The notes under the pieces: model-generated
The model's input: the letters and a program-made list of their open reading frames with translations, nothing else
Databases searched by the model: none
Told to the model about the DNA's origin: nothing
Translations under genes and position numbers: made by a program
Shown: positions 59,119 to 64,000 of the stretch, in pieces
Layout of the letters: every line of letters begins with the position of its first letter
Numbering within the stretch: position 1 is the stretch's first letter
IMG/VR virus record: IMGVR_UViG_3300012017_001157
Span: 1 to 64,000 of that record
Length of the DNA stretch: 64,000 bases
From: an uncultured virus (IMG/VR IMGVR_UViG_3300012017_001157)
Taxonomy: Duplodnaviria; Heunggongvirae; Uroviricota; Caudoviricetes
Reading direction: 5' to 3' (one strand)

Positions 59119-61272
59119 CTATCGCTTTCGCTCTTTGGCCTCAACTGACCTCATCACCTTATTCGACCAGGCCTTTCCCGGATCACCGCCCCAAAGAGCC
59201 CAGGCAATTCTTCCAGCAGATGGGAATCCCTTTTGGCCAGGAGCCCAGCCTTCGCCCTTCTTGTCGACTTCGTGACGTGCAAGGTATGCGCGCATCTTTC
59301 TCACTCTTGCAATTGTCATCTTGTTTCCCGTGAGCATTCTTGCGGTTACTTGACCAGGTCCAATTCCGCCTCTGCCAAACTCTTTTCGCCAATCAAGCCC
59401 ACGTCGCGCTTCTGCCTTTACTCCGGCAGGAACATTAAGGTTGATTGTGTCGGCCTTTTCAACTTCAATATCTCCAAGGTTTGGAATTGCTGCGCCAGCA
59501 GCCTTGTAGGATGAATCGGCTGATGGGTCGTAATAGGAAACGATTGCTGCGCCAGCCCGAATGATCTCGCTGACCTTCTGTCTCTTGAAGTAATCAATTG
59601 CACTTGTCGGGAAGCTGCTTTCATAAACCTCGGCGTCAAATCCCGCTTCGGCAAGCTGACTTCTAACAAAATCAACTTGTCCCTTTGTCGAGGTGATTGC
59701 AACCACCGAAGAACCGCCCTCAACAAATCCATCTATTGCGTCAATGATGTGTGAAGGGCACTCGTCACTGAGCAACGCCTCTGCGTCAACGAGAACAACG
59801 CTCTTCTTAGACGGTTGCTGATTTGGATTCATTTCAGGATTCGGCTTAGACTCAAGTTGGTCTTTGCCCTGATCTGGCTCTTGGCTCCCTGCCCCGTTGT
59901 TTCCGGCCCCGCCATCCGGGACGTCTCCACCAGGTGTTGGCTCCTGTTCTGGCGCGTCGGGATCGCCAACCTTACCCTTAAGGTAGAGCTCGTAATATCT
60001 CATTGGCATATACCCAAGCGGGCTTGGCATCCATACTTCATCGCCCATCAGCCCAACGCCTTCCTGCCCGCGCTCCTTGAGCGCGTCATTGAGTCGAAGC
60101 CATGGAAGTCCGGCAAGTGCTGCCTTGTAGTAGTCAGCAACTGTCTGCGCAGACTCGCGACCAACATCAGTGTAGACAAATCGCAAGCCCTTGTCATAAA
60201 GCCAAACAACTTCTCTAGTGATGTAGTCCGCAATAAGTTCGCAAAGCGGAGCAATGCCGTTGTCGGCAGTGAACGCCGCGCCGTACTCTGACGAACTCTT
60301 GTTCACGTCAAAGTTTAGCCCGATGTCTTGCGCCTGAACGCCGAAGACTGCGCAGATCTTGCGTGCAAGATAGATCTGCCACTCCATGAACTGCATGTCT
60401 CGGTTTGACTGCGCCATAGGAATCCACTTGACCCCCTTGCCGCCACCGGTGATCGCGGTCTGGCTCTTGCCTGCGATTTCGCCTTCCCAATAGTTCTTGA
60501 AGGCATCAACCTGATCAGGGCGAACGCCTTCGCCAAGATCAATAATTCCCGGTGGGGTCGCCTGCTCAACAATGTTGTTGTTGTACTTAGCCGCCCGAAG
60601 GTCCGCCTCAATGGTCTCAGCAAGAACCTCTAGCGGTGAGAGGCCGAGCGGGGAATACGTCACTCGGTTTCCCACAATGACAATCATCTCTTCGTTCAGG
60701 TACTCGGCAATGATCTTTCCGGTCTCGTCGTATTCAAAGTATCGCGGCTTCTTTAGGTTTGTTCCGTCCCAGTCCGGGTCGAAAGCGATTCTTGCACCAT
60801 CTTTTGGCCAAAGGTTCTTAACCGGTCTTCCGCTTCTTCCCGCCCGCGCCCCGACAGTATGTTCTTTCTCAATGCAGCCCTGATCCAGGACAAGAATATC
60901 CTCAACGATTGGCTCGATGAATGACCTCCACGAATCAAGACGCGTATTTGGATCTCGCAAAAGATCCTTAATCGTCTTTACGTTTGCTTCGTTGACTTCA
61001 CCGTTGCCATCAATGCTGACAATGTCCCACTTTGCGCGGCTGATCTGCTGCCTGCGAAGATTAATTGCAGATCTAATCCATGGGTTTGTTCGGGACCACT
61101 TGCGAAGCTGATTAACTGAACGCTTCTGCACAGTACCCTTGCCAGCGCCTCGCGCGTAAGGCTGCGAGTCGTAATTTGGAATAAGGATTGCATCCTTTAT
61201 TGCTTGAACATCAGCTTCTGCTTGCGTGCTTTCAACTTGGCGCTTTACGCGCTCCCACGGCATCATTACCAC
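59119..61272 (-). CDS. Portal protein with long C-terminal extension
   Basis: HK97-like portal motifs GLSPLE, P.GII, DMQF.E...R.ICAVFGV...IG, LND...G. Confidence 0.88.
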   Translation of the reverse strand: MVMMPWERVKRQVESTQAEADVQAIKDAILIPNYDSQPYARGAGKGTVQKRSVNQLRKWSRTNPWIRSAINLRRQQISRAKWDIVSIDGNGEVNEANVKTIKDLLRDPNTRLDSWRSFIEPIVEDILVLDQGCIEKEHTVGARAGRSGRPVKNLWPKDGARIAFDPDWDGTNLKKPRYFEYDETGKIIAEYLNEEMIVIVGNRVTYSPLGLSPLEVLAETIEADLRAAKYNNNIVEQATPPGIIDLGEGVRPDQVDAFKNYWEGEIAGKSQTAITGGGKGVKWIPMAQSNRDMQFMEWQIYLARKICAVFGVQAQDIGLNFDVNKSSSEYGAAFTADNGIAPLCELIADYITREVVWLYDKGLRFVYTDVGRESAQTVADYYKAALAGLPWLRLNDALKERGQEGVGLMGDEVWMPSPLGYMPMRYYELYLKGKVGDPDAPEQEPTPGGDVPDGGAGNNGAGSQEPDQGKDQLESKPNPEMNPNQQPSKKSVVLVDAEALLSDECPSHIIDAIDGFVEGGSSVVAITSTKGQVDFVRSQLAEAGFDAEVYESSFPTSAIDYFKRQKVSEIIRAGAAIVSYYDPSADSSYKAAGAAIPNLGDIEVEKADTINLNVPAGVKAEARRGLDWRKEFGRGGIGPGQVTARMLTGNKMTIARVRKMRAYLARHEVDKKGEGWAPGQKGFPSAGRIAWALWGGDPGKAWSNKVMRSVEAKERKR

Positions 61273-61504
61273 GAGTCTTGCTCCTTCGGCTTTCTTGTTC
61301 TCCAGGACCTTATCGCATTAGAAACAGCCATGCCATCAAGGTCCTTGTTGACAATCTGTCTAGCTTCTGTGTAATTAAAAGGTATAAGTCGCACTCCGTC
61401 AACTATACCAACTCCTTTAAATGAAGGAAGCCTTCCCCACCATTTTGGCACAACGAACTTGCCGTCTTCAAACTGCAGCTCGATGCTCTCGCTAATGTCA
61501 AGCA

Positions 61505-62026
61505 CTACTTTTCGCCTTCCTCGTCGCCTTCGGACTCATTGTTTGAGCCAATCGCAACCATGGCCATCTCGAGCCCTGCATAATCTTCCATATCAAATGG
61601 GTTTTCCTTTCGGAAAGTTTCCCAGAAGCCATCGTACTCCTTGTCGTTAACATGTTCCAGCCTTGTGAGTTCTTCTTCGACATGGCGCTGGTATTTGATC
61701 TGCTGGGGAACGCTTCGTTTAACCCTTGAAAGCACCTTGTGGCACTGCTTACAAACGGAGTATCTTTTTTGACCCTTTGCTCTGGGGACCATTGGCTCTG
61801 GAATAAGGTCTTGCTCCATATGGTCCTCACCGACCATTATTGTGCATAGGGCGCACCTTGGATGCGCCCGATGTATCTCCTCGTATCTTCTCATGACTGG
61901 CGCCAGGGTCTTCTGGATGCGCCGTATAGCCAGCACGATATCGAGAATACCGCCCTCAGCGTCGTTTAGCTCTAAGCACAACCGGCACTTGACTGCCGTA
62001 TCTTCACACATGCGGCAATTATACAT
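61505..62026 (-). CDS. Cys-rich hypothetical protein
   Basis: Several CxxC pairs. Confidence 0.55.
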   Translation of the reverse strand: MYNCRMCEDTAVKCRLCLELNDAEGGILDIVLAIRRIQKTLAPVMRRYEEIHRAHPRCALCTIMVGEDHMEQDLIPEPMVPRAKGQKRYSVCKQCHKVLSRVKRSVPQQIKYQRHVEEELTRLEHVNDKEYDGFWETFRKENPFDMEDYAGLEMAMVAIGSNNESEGDEEGEK

Positions 62027-62207
62027 AGACCGTAAATACTAGTCATTGACACGCTATGGTAGATTCATGTAGGAAGCAAAGGTCTTGCAATAATGAATAT
62101 AAGAGGGGATGATTCGGTGGTGCTTATACGGGACTATCTGCTGACACCGATGTCTAACAGGGGTTCCGATCGGCCTGTCGACGGCCATAAGAATTGGGGG
62201 TCTGATC

Positions 62208-63809
62208 TTGGACTTTAAAATTTACACCAACGCCCTGAAGGCCTATGAGTCTGAAAATGGCGAGCGATATGTAACCGGAACAACTTCTTCAACAATTCGG
62301 GACCTGCATGGCGATGAGATGTCGCTGGATGCCCTGAAGACAATGGCTGAAACAGCCAGACAGAATATGACGGTGTTCCTCAATCATAATTACAATGTCC
62401 CAGAGGACCTTTTTGGCTCCGCCACGGATGCCCAGATTGTTAGACGATATGACAGCGAAACAAACGAAGAGGTTTATGACCTCGATCTCAATATTCGGGT
62501 GGTAAACGAAGACGAAAACCCAGAGGCGCTTCGCGCTTATCGCGCAATCAAGCGCGGGGTTAAGCTTGGTCTCTCCATTGGAGCCCGCGTTGAAAAGGCG
62601 CGTCGCAAGGCTGCCGAAGGAGACAGGCCCGAGTCAATCCTTATTGAGAAGGTTCGCCTACTTGAGGCGAGCGTTGTTGGCATTCCTGCCAACCAGAGAT
62701 CCTACCTGCAGAACGCAGTAAAGAGCCTCCGCTCTGGTAGCGTCGATATTAACGAGCTTGAGGGCGTGATCGAAGAAGAGAAGCCAGAGACAGAAGTAAC
62801 CTCTAAGGCAGAGGCTGGCTCCGTCATTGCTGGGGACTGGGTTCTCTGGTCAAATGAGGACGGCGAGACAATGTGCGGCGCTGTTGAGTACGTTATGACC
62901 GAAGGCACCCTTGGTGCTGAAGGTTCAGAGTATTCAATTGAAGCCACACCAGAAGATCCAGCAGCTCTTGTTCGCATTTATGAGGGCGAAGAGGGGAACT
63001 GGGAAGCAACCGAGATGCTCGTTGGCCAAAAGGTCAGCGCTCTCACCAAAATTAATCCGCTCCCTATGGCGGAAGAAGACGAGGAGACAGAAATGTCAGA
63101 GACCGAGAAGGATCTCTTCGCTGGGGAGGTCGTTGAGACCGCCGCTGGGGACGAGACCAATGATCTAGAGAAGAAGACCCGCGTGACCGTTACGGTCAGC
63201 ACGGATTCTGAAGAGAAGCAGCCAGCTGCCGCATCTGTTGCTCCCTCCGCTCCGGATGCGGCAGCCGCGGACTCAGAGGAGAAGCTTGATGAAATCAAGG
63301 CTTCTGCCGAAGATGTGGCCGATGGCGAAGTTACTGAGAAGGTAGAGGACGAGAAGGAAGTCGTTGAGGAGGAGCCTGTCGACGCCAATGTCGAGGCCCT
63401 GCAAGAGCTCGGCGCTGAGCTCGTTACCGGCGACGCTGAAAAGTCCATTGCCGATGAATCATCCGTACAGCCCGAAGTGGCCGAGGCGGTTGTTATTAGT
63501 GTCGAGACCGAGGCCTCTTCCTTTGAGGAAGTGGAGTCGATCGCGAAGTCAGCTCTCGATGCAGCCAATGCTGCTCAGGAGGAGGTTACCGCCCTCGCGG
63601 CAAAAGTGACCGAGCTCCTTGAGTCGAAGGCCAAGGTCGAAGAAGATCTTGCGAAAGCGCTCGATCTTATTGATCGCATTAGCGATCTTGGGATCGGTCG
63701 AAAGTTCGTCGACAGGAATTCACAGAAGGTCAACGTCAAGGCCGCAGAGCGCGCGCCTTGGTTGAGCCCATATGTTCAGCGCGTCCTTGAGGCGCAAGAC
63801 GAGGAGTAA
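62208..63809 (+). CDS. Prohead protease with acidic scaffold-like extension
   Basis: RDL.GD, F.NH, GLSIG, LLEASVV.IPAN; long Glu-rich C-terminal half. Confidence 0.85.
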   Translation: MDFKIYTNALKAYESENGERYVTGTTSSTIRDLHGDEMSLDALKTMAETARQNMTVFLNHNYNVPEDLFGSATDAQIVRRYDSETNEEVYDLDLNIRVVNEDENPEALRAYRAIKRGVKLGLSIGARVEKARRKAAEGDRPESILIEKVRLLEASVVGIPANQRSYLQNAVKSLRSGSVDINELEGVIEEEKPETEVTSKAEAGSVIAGDWVLWSNEDGETMCGAVEYVMTEGTLGAEGSEYSIEATPEDPAALVRIYEGEEGNWEATEMLVGQKVSALTKINPLPMAEEDEETEMSETEKDLFAGEVVETAAGDETNDLEKKTRVTVTVSTDSEEKQPAAASVAPSAPDAAAADSEEKLDEIKASAEDVADGEVTEKVEDEKEVVEEEPVDANVEALQELGAELVTGDAEKSIADESSVQPEVAEAVVISVETEASSFEEVESIAKSALDAANAAQEEVTALAAKVTELLESKAKVEEDLAKALDLIDRISDLGIGRKFVDRNSQKVNVKAAERAPWLSPYVQRVLEAQDEE

Positions 63810-63811
63810 AA

Positions 63812-64000
63812 ATGTCTGAAGTACGAGAGAAGTTGGATGACGTCGCGAAGGGCCTAGAGTCCCTCAACGGCGCTCCGATCGGCCGAGATCTCGATGTCGA
63901 GAAGAAGTCCGATTTTGATCCTGCTGAGGCCTATGCCGTTCAGCGCGAACTTCGCAAGAAGTTCTCGAAGATGAGCGCATCGGAACTCAACGAGATGCTT
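63812..64000 (+). CDS. Probable major capsid protein (5' part only)
   Basis: GAGGAG RBS, open to the window end, directly after the protease; position-based call. Confidence 0.55.
   Translation, partial: MSEVREKLDDVAKGLESLNGAPIGRDLDVEKKSDFDPAEAYAVQRELRKKFSKMSASELNEML

Overview
This is a 64-kb segment of a tailed dsDNA phage genome; the host cannot be identified from sequence alone. Layout: (i) 1-17 kb, minus strand: tail-fibre/virion genes followed by a protein-modification module (2OG-Fe(II) oxygenase, three glycosyltransferases, MidA-type methyltransferase, thioredoxin, three paralogous unknowns). (ii) 17-19 kb: small and large terminase. (iii) 19-31 kb: ThyX, ParB-like proteins, a candidate origin, a sugar epimerase, glycosyltransferases and two tRNAs (Arg-UCU and the rare Ile-UAU). 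(iv) 33.4-49.7 kb: a highly ordered island of about 24 small self-contained expression cassettes in two converging arrays. (v) 50-58 kb: SSB, RusA, DnaC-like loader, exonuclease and annealing protein. (vi) 59-64 kb: portal, prohead protease and the start of the probable major capsid gene. The main discovery is region (iv). It has 17 plus-strand elements of fixed 38-bp geometry (GTTC-N3-10-bp arm-NGCS-perfect complement-N3-GAAC) in which every arm differs in sequence yet stays perfectly self-complementary; 16 lie directly upstream of a sigma70-type promoter. It also has 7 minus-strand promoters built from a co-varying C-GGA-G DNA hairpin exactly 44 nt from a GATGATG box, with no TTGAC -35. Two cassettes carry no normal ORF and look like structured non-coding RNAs, one with a 9-bp pseudoknot. 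By eye the island's coding DNA is almost free of GGCC, CCGG and AGCT, with a sharp edge near 49.75 kb, which suggests a first-injected anti-defence/host-takeover region. Family assignments come from recognised motifs, not database searches.
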